From assembly GCA_963764725.1 (NCBI GenBank), contig CAVXTM010000001.1, positions 96,001 through 160,000 of the forward strand: a stretch of DNA of 64,000 bases, given 5' to 3'. Within the stretch, counting starts at the first letter, position 1, and every line of letters begins with the position of its first letter. Origin of the DNA: an uncultured Gammaproteobacteria bacterium (GTDB lineage Bacteria; Pseudomonadota; Gammaproteobacteria; JACCXJ01). The notes beneath the pieces are model-generated. The model saw only the letters and a program-made list of their open reading frames with translations. It had not been told where the DNA came from and made no database searches. A program made the position numbers and the translations under genes. This document shows positions 40,065 to 49,750 of the stretch, in pieces.

Positions 40065-40761
40065 TGGTGATCCTCTCACGGTTCTCTTGTCCACGCCGTC
40101 GGGTAAACCCATTCTCCTGGCGACACCCAGCGGTCGCCTTCACGACAAAATTATAACGCGCGCTGACTATTTTTGGATTTTCGTCCGTTGCGGAAGGCAC
40201 ATGCCAAAGCGACCGCACGTTAGAGCGGCTCTCGTGCAGCACGATCGTGATGGCGATTTGCTCGATCGCCGCGAGCACACAAATCAGCGTGGCCAGCCGA
40301 AACGGCCAGGTCGGACCGCCGGCGAACATGAGGAAGGCGGTGCTAGCAGCCACCGCAGCCGCCAACTTAACGCCCCAGGTGTGATAGGTGGGAAAGACCC
40401 TGAATTTCAACATACCGATGACGGCAGATAGGGCGGAGCCCGCGATCACCGCCATGATGAAGGGCGCTTCTTGGCGCATGATGTCAGGCCATAACCACCA
40501 CGCCGTGACCGGGATCGTGACATACATCACCACGTCGCCGGCGGTGTCCAATAGGGCCCCGAGTGCGGATTCCTGCTTCAATACCCGCGCGATGAAACCG
40601 TCGAGCGCATCGCTCAGGAACGCTAGTACGAGGACCGCCAAATAGGCCTTCGGCATCCCATGCCAAGCGAGCAGGCCGAGCACGGGCGCCGCGATGAACC
40701 GAAAGCAGCTCAGCAAGTTCGGCCAAGTGAGCACGCCGTTGATATTCTCCTGAAGTGCCAT
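40045..40761 (-). CDS. CDP-alcohol phosphatidyltransferase family protein
   Basis: PNLLS..R, SDALDGFIAR...S.LGALLD..GD. Confidence 0.9.
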   Translation of the reverse strand: MALQENINGVLTWPNLLSCFRFIAAPVLGLLAWHGMPKAYLAVLVLAFLSDALDGFIARVLKQESALGALLDTAGDVVMYVTIPVTAWWLWPDIMRQEAPFIMAVIAGSALSAVIGMLKFRVFPTYHTWGVKLAAAVAASTAFLMFAGGPTWPFRLATLICVLAAIEQIAITIVLHESRSNVRSLWHVPSATDENPKIVSARYNFVVKATAGCRQENGFTRRRGQENRERITNAVPKN

Positions 40762-40838
40762 TTCGGTAGCCCCAAAAGATTTCGCAAAACATCACCCTCG
40801 CGACAGCGTAATGTCAATATGCACCGCAGCGTGTCGAT

Positions 40839-41033
40839 TTACTCCTCTTTCCCTCGCGCGCGCAACCACCAACGGGTCCAGCTGTATTCGATAACAAGGA
40901 GCGCGATTCCGGCAGGGATGACGATGAATGCCGGACCCGGTAGCACGATGATCGCGACTACCGCGATGAGTGTCGTGGCGCCGAGCATCACGCCCACGAG
41001 CCCCCGGGCTAGTGCATCACCGCGAGATTTCAT
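40839..41033 (-). CDS. PGPGW-like small transmembrane protein
   Basis: IIVLPGPAFIVIPAGIALLVIEYSW. Confidence 0.65.
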   Translation of the reverse strand: MKSRGDALARGLVGVMLGATTLIAVVAIIVLPGPAFIVIPAGIALLVIEYSWTRWWLRARGKEE

Positions 41034-41947
41034 AGGACGTCCCTCGATCCTGCCGGCGTTAGCGGTTGCTCGATGCGGCGATCCATGCCCGCCGGTTCCA
41101 GCGCCAGGGAAAACGCCGCGTACAGGGCCGCGTGGTCGGACAGGCGCCGCCAGGGCATGTCCTTCAAGCAGCGGCAAGTGATCGGGGTCGCGCCGCGATA
41201 AAAGATGCGGTCCACGGTCAATACCGGATACCAGACAGGAAAGGTTTTCGCCGGCCGGTCGTTAAGAGTCACGAATACATCCATGAGCCCAAGATGAGTC
41301 CGCATTTGGTATTCTGCATGCCGGCCCCAATCATTGAAGTCTCCGGCGATAATCAACGGCGCATGATGAGGGACGTGGGACCGGATGCGTCTCGTGAGCA
41401 CCGAAAGCTGGTGCCGGCGTTCCGCGGCGCTGAGCCCGAAATGTATGCAGATCACGTGAAGCGGCTGACCGACTTGGGGCAGCGCGATCTCGGCATGCAG
41501 CACACTGCGGCTCGCGATGGGACTTCCCGATACGTTGATGTTTTCCCAGAACCGGATGGGATACTTGCTGAGGATGGCGTTTCCGTGATGCCCGGCATCA
41601 TAGATCGCGTTTTTCCCGTAGGCGCGGTGCGGCCATCTCCGGTCGGCCAAGAAGTCCGATTGCGGCGCGTTCGGCCAACCGTCGATCAACCATTGCCGGT
41701 ACGCGTGGGCCCCTTGGATCTCTTGCAAAAAGATCAAGTCGACATCGGTTCGTTCCAATGCGTCGCGCATCTGATGCAGGACGAAACGCGCGTTGCCGGT
41801 GCTAAACCCTTTGTGAATATTGTAGGTCATCACCTGCAAGGTGAACGCCGGGGCCGCCCCGGCATCGCGGGGCAACGCCGGCTCGGGACCGGAAGTGAGA
41901 CCCGGGCTCGGTTCCCTCCGGAATTCTTTCGCCACCAGATTCATCAA
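41030..41947 (-). CDS. EEP (endonuclease/exonuclease/phosphatase) family protein, YbhP-like
   Basis: TYNIHKG, LQE, HGNAILS, AGDFND, DRIFYRG, SDH. Confidence 0.92.
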   Translation of the reverse strand: MMNLVAKEFRREPSPGLTSGPEPALPRDAGAAPAFTLQVMTYNIHKGFSTGNARFVLHQMRDALERTDVDLIFLQEIQGAHAYRQWLIDGWPNAPQSDFLADRRWPHRAYGKNAIYDAGHHGNAILSKYPIRFWENINVSGSPIASRSVLHAEIALPQVGQPLHVICIHFGLSAAERRHQLSVLTRRIRSHVPHHAPLIIAGDFNDWGRHAEYQMRTHLGLMDVFVTLNDRPAKTFPVWYPVLTVDRIFYRGATPITCRCLKDMPWRRLSDHAALYAAFSLALEPAGMDRRIEQPLTPAGSRDVL

Positions 41948-42122
41948 CGGCCGCCCTGTTTCGAAACGAGTTAGATGTTCACAGTGTCGCTAGCTGATGC
42001 TGCGCTGAATCTCGGGGATCCAAGCGTTCAAAAGCAGTATGCGTAACAACAGATCCAAGCGCAAGATCGTGCGCTAACGGTGACGCCGACCAGCTTACGC
42101 AACTGCGTAGACACGGTTTGCC

Positions 42123-43169
42123 TTAGGCTGTGTGATTGGGCAGCACCTCAATCTGGCGTATGACGGCGCGCGTAAACTCGCCGCTTGAGGCCTGTCCGCC
42201 CAGATCGCGGGTCCTGATGCCCTCCGTCTGGAGCACGGCATGGATGGCCTGTCGTAAGCGGCTAGCGGGAGCCATTAGGTCCAGGTGATCCAACATCATC
42301 GCCGCGGCCAGCATGATCGCCGTCGGGTTGGCGATCCCGCGGCCCGCGATGTCCGGGGCTGAACCGTGCACCGCTTCAAAGACGGCAGTATCGGCACCGA
42401 TATTGGCCCCGGGTGCGACGCCCAAACCGCCGACGAGTCCCGCGATCTCATCGGATAATATGTCGCCAAACATATTGGTCGTAAGTAACATGTCAAACTG
42501 GTTCGGATTGATCACGAGCTGCATGGCGGTGTTATCGACGATGCGTTCGTCGATTCGCAATTTGCCTTCGTATTGACGTCCGATGTCGAGCGCCGTCTCG
42601 AGGAACAGCCCGGTCAGCGCCTTCAATATGTTGGCCTTATGCACGATGGTGATCCTTTTCCGCCCGTGGCGCAGCGCGTATTCGAACGCGAAATGAGCGA
42701 TCCGCCGGCACCCCGAACGCGTGATGATCCCCGAGGCCTCGGCGACCGCCTTCGGATCGTCATCGATGGGGATAAAATGCTCAACGCCGACGTAGAGGCC
42801 TTCGGTGTTTTCGCGGATGAGAATCAGGTCTACATCCTCGAATCTTCCACCGCGAAATAAAGAGCGGGCCGGCCGCACGTTCGCAAAAAGCTTAAATTGG
42901 TTGCGCAGGCTGACGTTTACCGACCGGTAACCGCCGCCTACGGGTGTCGTCAGCGGCCCCTTGAGCGCCAATTTCGTGCGCCGGATGCTATCGATCGTCG
43001 CGGCCGGCAAGGGATCGTCGCCCTCCCTCATGGCCTCCATGCCGGCTTGTTGCACGTCCCAATCAAAAGCGACGCCCAGTGCGTCCAAGACCGTGAGCGT
43101 GCAATCGATGATCTCGGGCCCGATTCCATCGCCGCGGATCAGCGTGACTGCAATGTTCTCAGTCGTCAT
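42123..43169 (-). CDS. Isocitrate/isopropylmalate dehydrogenase family (probable NAD-IDH)
   Basis: GDGIGPEI, LKGPLTTP, S.NV.LR, RENTEGLY, HKANILK, NMFGDILSD, FEAVHGSAPDIAG. Confidence 0.92.
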   Translation of the reverse strand: MTTENIAVTLIRGDGIGPEIIDCTLTVLDALGVAFDWDVQQAGMEAMREGDDPLPAATIDSIRRTKLALKGPLTTPVGGGYRSVNVSLRNQFKLFANVRPARSLFRGGRFEDVDLILIRENTEGLYVGVEHFIPIDDDPKAVAEASGIITRSGCRRIAHFAFEYALRHGRKRITIVHKANILKALTGLFLETALDIGRQYEGKLRIDERIVDNTAMQLVINPNQFDMLLTTNMFGDILSDEIAGLVGGLGVAPGANIGADTAVFEAVHGSAPDIAGRGIANPTAIMLAAAMMLDHLDLMAPASRLRQAIHAVLQTEGIRTRDLGGQASSGEFTRAVIRQIEVLPNHTA

Positions 43170-43351
43170 AGCCCCCCCTTTGTTTCCAGTTATCTTACGC
43201 TAATCCGCCGTTATAAGCGCCGGTTACAGCGATCCGCGCTAGCTTCCATCCACGCGGCTCGTGGTGAAAACGCCAAGATTTTGACATTCGCGAACAGCAG
43301 TGGTTTACTAAAATCTGCTCGCCCGGCCGCTTAAGCGATGAATAACGCATC

Positions 43352-44773
43352 ATGAACAGCAGCGTTCTAATTATTGAGGATGATCCCGGCCTGCGGCTAA
43401 AGCTCGCAACCGTGATGGAATTCCTGGAGTATCGGCAAATTATCGCCTGCGGCCACGGCGAGTGGGAGCCCCGGCTTCGGGAGGCGGAAACCGTTGAGCT
43501 CGTTTTGTTAGGGAGTTGTGGCTCGGCGCGAACGTTGATCGATGTGTTCCGTGCGCTTAAGACCTGCGATCCTTATCGCCCGGTCTTACTCGTCGCGGAA
43601 GCGGGCGGATTGCCGAAAAACAACCAGGAGATCGAGGCCGGGATCCTCGGCGAGATAGAATTGCCGGTCCGTTATAAGCAATTCACGGGCGTCTTGCAGA
43701 GGGTCGATCTTTATCGACAAAACCGGCATGAGGACGGCACGCCCAGGCCCTTGGAGCTTTTTCGTAGCCTGGTCGGCACCAGTACCGGTATCAAGCGCAT
43801 ACGCAAAATGATCGGGATGGTGGCCGCCACCGATGCGAATGTGTTGATCACCGGCGAATCGGGCACGGGAAAGGAAGTCGTGGCAAGACACCTTCACTAC
43901 AATTCAAAACGGCGGAGTAAGCCGTTCGTGCCGGTAAATTGCGGCGCCATTCCCGCCGATCTCTTGGAGAGCGAGTTGTTCGGGCACGAAAAGGGAGCGT
44001 TTACTGGAGCGATCACCTCGCGGCAAGGCCGCTTCGAGATGGCCGAAGGCGGAACGCTGTTTTTGGATGAGATCGGCGACATGAGCTTGGCGATGCAAGT
44101 GAAACTGTTGCGCGTGCTACAGGACCGCACCTTCGAGCGCGTCGGCAGTAACAAAAGCATCACCGCGGACGTACGAATCGTCGCCGCGACCCATGTCAAT
44201 TTGGAAGAGGCCATCGCCAAGGGCACGTTCCGAGAGGATCTCTTTTACCGCTTGAATGTTTTCCCGATTGAGATGCCGCCGCTGCGGGAACGTATCGAGG
44301 ATATGCCATTGCTCGTGAACGACCTCGTCGCTCGCCTGGAGCACGAAGGCCGGGGCAGATTACGATTAACCGACCTGTGCCTCGAATCACTGACCGCCTA
44401 TCACTGGGCCGGCAACATCAGGGAGCTAGCGAACCTGATGGAACGGCTGGCGATCCTCTACCCCGACGGGGTAGTGGACTTACATGATCTCCCGGAGAAA
44501 TATCAGGCGGTGGAGTTAGCGGAGCGAGCGCCGATTCTCGTGGGCGAGCCGCACGCCGAATCGGTTTCGTCCTTGCCGCGGTTGCCGCGCGGGGGGATCG
44601 ATCTCAAGGAACATTTGAATAATCTCGAGTGCACGATGATCAAACAAGCCCTCGACGAGGCCCACTGGGTGGTTGCGCACGCGGCTAAGCGATTGAAAAT
44701 GGGGCGTACGACCTTGGTGGAGAAGATGAAAAAATTTGGGATGCACCGCGCCGAGGAAACGGTGAACGGCTAG
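43352..44773 (+). CDS. fleQ: Sigma-54 enhancer-binding protein FleQ-like
   Basis: Degenerate REC-like N-terminus, ELFRSLVG, GESGTGKE, GAFTGA, GIDLKE..., TTLVEKMKK. Confidence 0.82.
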   Translation: MNSSVLIIEDDPGLRLKLATVMEFLEYRQIIACGHGEWEPRLREAETVELVLLGSCGSARTLIDVFRALKTCDPYRPVLLVAEAGGLPKNNQEIEAGILGEIELPVRYKQFTGVLQRVDLYRQNRHEDGTPRPLELFRSLVGTSTGIKRIRKMIGMVAATDANVLITGESGTGKEVVARHLHYNSKRRSKPFVPVNCGAIPADLLESELFGHEKGAFTGAITSRQGRFEMAEGGTLFLDEIGDMSLAMQVKLLRVLQDRTFERVGSNKSITADVRIVAATHVNLEEAIAKGTFREDLFYRLNVFPIEMPPLRERIEDMPLLVNDLVARLEHEGRGRLRLTDLCLESLTAYHWAGNIRELANLMERLAILYPDGVVDLHDLPEKYQAVELAERAPILVGEPHAESVSSLPRLPRGGIDLKEHLNNLECTMIKQALDEAHWVVAHAAKRLKMGRTTLVEKMKKFGMHRAEETVNG

Positions 44774-44834
44774 TATGCCTGGGCGGGCGACCGCATACTC
44801 TTCCAAACCCGCGCAAGTCAAAGCCGATGGGGTG

Positions 44835-45539
44835 ATGAAACCGGTACTGATCTTTCGGCATGTAAACTGCGAAGGGCCTGGTTATTTGGCGGAGTTCTTG
44901 GCCTTGCGCGGTATCTCGTTCGATCTCATACGGATTGATGAAGGCGAGGAACCGGCGCGTGATATCGACAGGTGTTCGGCGCTCGTGTTTATGGGCGGTC
45001 CGATGTCCGTCAATGATCCCTTACCGTGGCTGGAACAAGAGCTGGCGCTGATTCGGGCGGCCCACACTCGCGGTTTGCCGATATTAGGCCATTGCCTCGG
45101 TGGCCAGTTGATCAGCAAGGCATTGGGTGGCGCGATCACTCCCAGTCGCATTCCGGAAATCGGCTGGCGCCCGGTCGAGCGCGCGGGTGGCAAGGAAGCG
45201 GAGGGATGGCTTGATGGTTTGCCACCTCGGTTCGAGGTCTTACATTGGCACACCGAGACCTTCAGTATTCCCCCCGGCGCCGCTCGGCTGCTTATGAGCG
45301 ATCTTTGCGAGAATCAGGCGTTTGCGATCGGCAATACGCTCGGCATGCAATGTCATATTGAAGTCACGGCGAAGATGGTGACCCAGTGGGTGAATGTGTA
45401 CCAGGAGCAGCTGGCTGCGCTCTCTACGAGCGTGCAGGCCCCCGATGAGATCACCCGTCGGCTTTCCCAACGCGTGAAGGCGCTGCGGCGCATCGCCGAG
45501 CGGTTTTATTGCCGATGGCTGGAAGGATTCAGCGATTAA
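44835..45539 (+). CDS. Type 1 glutamine amidotransferase
   Basis: MGGPMSVND, GHCLGGQL, QCHIE. Confidence 0.92.
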   Translation: MKPVLIFRHVNCEGPGYLAEFLALRGISFDLIRIDEGEEPARDIDRCSALVFMGGPMSVNDPLPWLEQELALIRAAHTRGLPILGHCLGGQLISKALGGAITPSRIPEIGWRPVERAGGKEAEGWLDGLPPRFEVLHWHTETFSIPPGAARLLMSDLCENQAFAIGNTLGMQCHIEVTAKMVTQWVNVYQEQLAALSTSVQAPDEITRRLSQRVKALRRIAERFYCRWLEGFSD

Positions 45540-45630
45540 TCGCGCCGGCGTCGAGAAGTACGCCGCGCGCTGTTCAAGCGGGATGAGATAGAAAGGCGCA
45601 GCACCGCCCGAGCTGCTTCTAACGCGCTAA

Positions 45631-45757
45631 GGAAGCTCTGCACAAGTGTCGCGAGCAAGCCCAGATGCGCAAAGCCGCGGAGCGAGTCGCCAGACATATC
45701 AGGTAGAAAGGCGAGCGACGCGCGAGCGCGACAAAGCGGATGGGCTGCACAGTAATC
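45631..45757. mobile_element. MITE copy 2 (right TIR mostly deleted)
   Basis: CTAA-GGAAGCTCTGCACAAG...; interior matches copy 3; ends at the CTAA overlapping the dksA stop. Confidence 0.85.
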
Positions 45758-46237
45758 CTAAATAACCTGCTTTTCTCTGATCTCGTCCAAGGTCTTGCAG
45801 TCAATACAAAGTGTCGCCGTGGGCCGGGCCTCGAGGCGCCGGATCCCGATCTCAACTCCGCAGTATTCACAGTATCCGTAGTCGCCCGTGTCGAGACTCG
45901 CGAGCGATTCTCCGATCTTCTTAATTAATTTGCGCTCCCGATCGCGGGTGCGCAACTCCAGTGCAAATTCCTCTTCTTGGGTTGCTCGATCATTCGGATC
46001 CGCGAAACTCCCGGCGTCGTCCTGTAAGTGCTGAACCGTGCGATCGATCTCCTCGATCAGATCGCGGCGCCAGCCGAGGAGGATCTTCCGGTAATGCTCG
46101 ATCTGCGCCGGATTCATGTATTCCTCGCCCCGCTTCTCCTTGTACGGAACGAAACCGTCGTACCACGACGCGGTCGCGGCCCCGACACGCGCCACTTTCG
46201 CCTTGCTAGCTTTCGCGACCTTCTTCTTGGCGGGCAC
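45758..46237 (-). CDS. dksA: RNA polymerase-binding transcription factor DksA
   Basis: DPNDRATQEEE, RDRERKLIKKI, YGYCEYCG.EIGIRRLEARPTATLCIDCK. Confidence 0.97.
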   Translation of the reverse strand: MPAKKKVAKASKAKVARVGAATASWYDGFVPYKEKRGEEYMNPAQIEHYRKILLGWRRDLIEEIDRTVQHLQDDAGSFADPNDRATQEEEFALELRTRDRERKLIKKIGESLASLDTGDYGYCEYCGVEIGIRRLEARPTATLCIDCKTLDEIREKQVI

Positions 46238-46318
46238 TGCCCTTACCTCATGTTTAGAAAAAATTAGCGCGCAGTTGTACCAAAAACCCGGGAGGGACGC
46301 AACGCTTTTAATCACTAA

Positions 46319-46459
46319 GGAAGCTCTGCAAAAGTGTCGCGAGCAAGCCCAGATGCGCAAAGCCGCAGAGCGCGTCGCGAGACATATCAGGTAGATAGGA
46401 GCGACGCGCGAGCACGCGACAAAGCAGATGGGCTGCGTAGTAACTTTTGCAGAGCTTCC
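46319..46459. mobile_element. MITE copy 3, complete, with CTAA target duplication
   Basis: Perfect 16-bp TIRs GGAAGCTCTGCAAAAG / CTTTTGCAGAGCTTCC flanked by CTAA on both sides. Confidence 0.9.
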
Positions 46460-46858
46460 CTAAATGGCTCGCGTCAAACCGAGTTGCTCGGCGGACTTCC
46501 AGCCGGGCGCCTGATAATGCGCGATGACGCTCGTGTATAAGCCCCCACGCACATTGAAGCGTGACGTCAGTCTCGCAAATCGCGGCTGGCACGCTGACAC
46601 GATCTCATTCAAGATCATGTTCGTGACGTCCTCGTGAAAAGCGCCTTGATCGCGGAACGACCAGATGTAGAGCTTGAGCGACTTCAGTTCGACGCACTCT
46701 CGATCGGGGACATAGAGCAGCTCTAAGGTGGCGAAATCGGGCTGCCCGGTCTTGGGACATAGACAGGTGAATTCAGGAATTTCTATCCTGATCACGTAGT
46801 CGCGGGTAGGGCTCGGGTTCGGAAAGATTTCCAGAGATGCCCTCGGTTTCGTTGGCAT
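46460..46858 (-). CDS. queF: 7-cyano-7-deazaguanine reductase (short type)
   Basis: [33 protein letters not shown]. Confidence 0.96.
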   Translation of the reverse strand: MPTKPRASLEIFPNPSPTRDYVIRIEIPEFTCLCPKTGQPDFATLELLYVPDRECVELKSLKLYIWSFRDQGAFHEDVTNMILNEIVSACQPRFARLTSRFNVRGGLYTSVIAHYQAPGWKSAEQLGLTRAI

Positions 46859-47020
46859 GGCGGCGGTCCGTCAAGATTGTTTGAAAGCGCGACGATACTT
46901 GACTTGTTCATACTTGTTCATGGCCGCATAGCGCGGATTAGTTCGCAAGTATATACCTATCCGATCTTCCTGGGGCCGACGCCTTTACCTTCATGCGAGT
47001 TCCTGCTACAAACTGAGGCG

Positions 47021-48028
47021 GTGTTTCTTGAACAACGGATGCAAAACGCCTGGTACGGACAGGAGCGCTGGTGCGCCTTGTTGTTGCCGTTGAGCTGGGC
47101 CTATCGCGGCGCGGCCTCGGCGAGACGGTTGTTTTATTCGATTCCACTGGTGCATCCGTACACCTGTGCGGCGCCTGTCATTATCGTCGGGAACATCACG
47201 GTCGGCGGCACGGGCAAAACGCCGCTCGTTATCTGGCTTGCGCACTGTCTCAGGCGCCAGGGCTACCGCCCCGGTATCGTGACCCGCGGGTACGGGGGAC
47301 AGTCGACAAGTTGGCCGCGGCGGGTAGCACCCGATAGCGATCCACACAAGGTCGGCGATGAATCAGTGCTCGTCGCAAGGCGTTGCAACGGCCCCGTGGT
47401 GGCCGCCGGCCGCTGGCGCGCACAAGCCGTTGAACAGTTGGTAAACGACGATAAATGTGATGTGATCGTGTGTGACGATGGGTTACAGGATTATGCGCTC
47501 GCAAGGGACGTTGAAATCGCGGTCGTTGACGGGGTTCGCCGTTTCGGCAATGGCCTCCTGTTACCCGCCGGACCTTTGCGCGAGCCGATCGATCGATTAA
47601 TGCGCGTCGACCTGATTGTCACCCGTGGTGAAGCCCTCGATAACGAATATGCGATGAGCTACCGAGCCTCGGTAGCCAACACCGTGGCTGACGATACGGC
47701 GGTGCGCACCTTGGATGAATTGCGCGGGCGGCGCGTCCATGCCGTTGCGGGGATCGGACACCCGGCGTGTTTCTTTTCGCTATTGAGAGGCTTCGGTATC
47801 GAGACGATCGAGCACCCGTTTCCGGATCATTACGGCTTTTCTCGCCGCGATCTCTCATTCACCGATGGGCTTCCTGTCATCATGACCGAGAAAGATGCGG
47901 TAAAATGCCGGCACTTCGCACCAGCCGATGTTTGGTATATTCCCATACAAGCCGAGCTGCCATCGGCCTTCGAAAAAAAATTTATTACACTATTGACAAG
48001 TAAGATCAATGGACAAGCGTCTTCTTGA
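47021..48028 (+). CDS. lpxK: Tetraacyldisaccharide 4'-kinase
   Basis: [39 protein letters not shown]. Confidence 0.96.
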   Translation: MFLEQRMQNAWYGQERWCALLLPLSWAYRGAASARRLFYSIPLVHPYTCAAPVIIVGNITVGGTGKTPLVIWLAHCLRRQGYRPGIVTRGYGGQSTSWPRRVAPDSDPHKVGDESVLVARRCNGPVVAAGRWRAQAVEQLVNDDKCDVIVCDDGLQDYALARDVEIAVVDGVRRFGNGLLLPAGPLREPIDRLMRVDLIVTRGEALDNEYAMSYRASVANTVADDTAVRTLDELRGRRVHAVAGIGHPACFFSLLRGFGIETIEHPFPDHYGFSRRDLSFTDGLPVIMTEKDAVKCRHFAPADVWYIPIQAELPSAFEKKFITLLTSKINGQASS

Positions 48029-48188
48029 TATTTTGGTGTGTCCTTCATGCAAAGGCCCGCTGCTGTACAAGCGAGCAGAAGCCGAGCTTATCTGCCGCGC
48101 CTGCCGTTTAGCTTATCCGATTCAAGATGATATTCCGGTGATGCTGGAGGACGAGGCACGCTGTATGCCACCGGACGAGAAACTCTAG
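48009..48188 (+). CDS. ycaR: Trm112-like protein YcaR
   Basis: Manual translation [18 protein letters not shown]...[18 protein letters not shown]; lies between lpxK and kdsB. Confidence 0.93.
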   Translation: MDKRLLDILVCPSCKGPLLYKRAEAELICRACRLAYPIQDDIPVMLEDEARCMPPDEKL

Positions 48189-48962
48189 TTGGATTTTCGC
48201 GTCTACATTCCTGCGCGCTACCAGTCTACTCGCCTGCCGGGCAAACCTCTGGCGGACATCGCAGGCAAGCCCCTCATCCAGCACGTTCATGAGCGCGCGC
48301 TACAAAGCGGCGCCTCGGCGGTGATCATTGCCACCGACGATGAACGCATTCGTGCGTGCGCGCTCGGTTTCGGTGCAACGGTTTGCATGACCTCTGTGCA
48401 TCATCGTTCCGGGACGGAACGGCTGGCGGAAGCGGCGGTGGCTTTGAACGAAGACGAAGATGCCATTATCGTTAATTTACAGGGTGACGAACCGCGCGTA
48501 GCGCCCGCGTTGCTGGCCCAGGTCGCGGGCCTCCTCGATGACCGGCCATGCGCTGAATTGGCGACCCTATGCGCGCCTCTCGGCAGCGCGATTGCGTTGC
48601 GTGATCCTAATATCGTCAAAGCCGTGGTGGACCACGAAGGCTACGCGCTATATTTTAGCCGCGCGCCGATCCCTTGGGATCGCGAGCAGTTCGGCGCCGA
48701 ATCGGCGGCGAGTAAGATGTCCTTGGCGGATCGCGCTTATTTGCGGCACCTGGGGTTGTACGCCTATCGCGTTAAAACCCTTAAGCGCTTAGCGCGGCTA
48801 GAACCCTGCGTTTTAGAACACCTCGAAGCACTTGAGCAGTTGCGCGCCTTATACTATGGCTATCGCGTCGCCGTAGCCGTCGTGCAGCGCGAGATAGAAC
48901 GTGGCGTCGACACTCCTTCGGACCTGGAATACATACGGCGGGTATTCGAACGGGATCACTAA
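48189..48962 (+). CDS. kdsB: CMP-Kdo synthetase
   Basis: IPARYQSTRLPGKPL, SGTERL, VNLQGDEP, LYFSRAPIP, LEQLRAL. Confidence 0.96.
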   Translation: MDFRVYIPARYQSTRLPGKPLADIAGKPLIQHVHERALQSGASAVIIATDDERIRACALGFGATVCMTSVHHRSGTERLAEAAVALNEDEDAIIVNLQGDEPRVAPALLAQVAGLLDDRPCAELATLCAPLGSAIALRDPNIVKAVVDHEGYALYFSRAPIPWDREQFGAESAASKMSLADRAYLRHLGLYAYRVKTLKRLARLEPCVLEHLEALEQLRALYYGYRVAVAVVQREIERGVDTPSDLEYIRRVFERDH

Positions 48963-49077
48963 GCTCGCGGTGCGGTGTGACGCTCTGAGTGTTTGCAGTT
49001 GAGCGTATATGTTGTAAGCTTTTCAGCGAGGCGCACCGAAGCGACGGCGGGCGCGCTTCTAAGGGTGTTAGGTGTGT

Positions 49078-49163
49078 TTAACGAACCGATTTCGTTAAGC
49101 CGTGGATAGGCTCACCGATTCCAGGTGCCAACGGGATCTTAACCGTTCGTTAAGGTTTTTTTT
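49078..49163 (+). promoter_or_regulatory. Structured csp 5' leader with terminator-like hairpin
   Basis: TTAACGAA-ccgat-TTCGTTAA hairpin; CTTAAC-cgttc-GTTAAG hairpin followed by G and T8. Confidence 0.5.
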
Positions 49164-49184
49164 GATGTGTGAGGTTGATTGAGT

Positions 49185-49397
49185 ATGTCCGATCGTGAAC
49201 ACGGTACGGTTAAGTGGTTTAATAACTCTAAGGGTTACGGTTTTATACAGCGCGATAAGGGGGACGACGTCTTCGTGCATTTTCGTGCGATCCGGGGAGA
49301 CGGCTATCGCTCTTTACAGGATGGCCAACGTGTGGAGTTTTCCGTCAAGGAAGGTCAAAAGGGTCTGCACGCGGAAGATGTCGCCGTGATGGCCTGA
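49185..49397 (+). CDS. Cold-shock domain protein
   Basis: GTVKWFN..KGYGFI, DVFVHF, GQKG. Confidence 0.96.
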   Translation: MSDREHGTVKWFNNSKGYGFIQRDKGDDVFVHFRAIRGDGYRSLQDGQRVEFSVKEGQKGLHAEDVAVMA

Positions 49398-49453
49398 GAG
49401 GTTGAGCGCTGAGCGGACAGGTGCGTCGATCCGCAGCCCCGTTTGGCCTCCAG

Positions 49454-49672
49454 TTATCGGGCGCGATAAATAATGCGCCCTTTGGATAAGTCGTAGGGTG
49501 TCAGTTCGACGGTCACGGTGTCGCCGGTGAGGATACGAATGTAATTTTTTCGCATCTTGCCGGATATGTGAGCGGTCACGACATGCCCGTTGGCGAGTTG
49601 CACGCGAAATATGGTATTGGGTAGGGTTTCAACGACCTTGCCTTCCATTTCAATGTGTTCTTCTTTTGCCAT
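49454..49672 (-). CDS. infA: Translation initiation factor IF-1
   Basis: [11 protein letters not shown]...[18 protein letters not shown]...[12 protein letters not shown]. Confidence 0.98.
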   Translation of the reverse strand: MAKEEHIEMEGKVVETLPNTIFRVQLANGHVVTAHISGKMRKNYIRILTGDTVTVELTPYDLSKGRIIYRAR

Positions 49673-49750
49673 GATCTCCGGTTGTAAGTCCGCGCGGTGA
49701 GAAAACGGCGCATTGTGACGCAATTGGGGGCATAGCGCAAAACGCCGAGC

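Noticed and set aside
41066-41974. 302-aa plus-strand ORF
   Set aside because: Antisense shadow of the EEP gene, typical of high-GC DNA
43281-43315. TTGACA sigma-70 promoter upstream of fleQ
   Set aside because: No convincing -10 hexamer at 16-18 bp spacing
45619-46592. Short ORFs sharing YLICLATRSAA/RIWACSR peptides (also at 28671) and the long dksA N-terminus
   Set aside because: They are translations of the MITE copies, not a protein family
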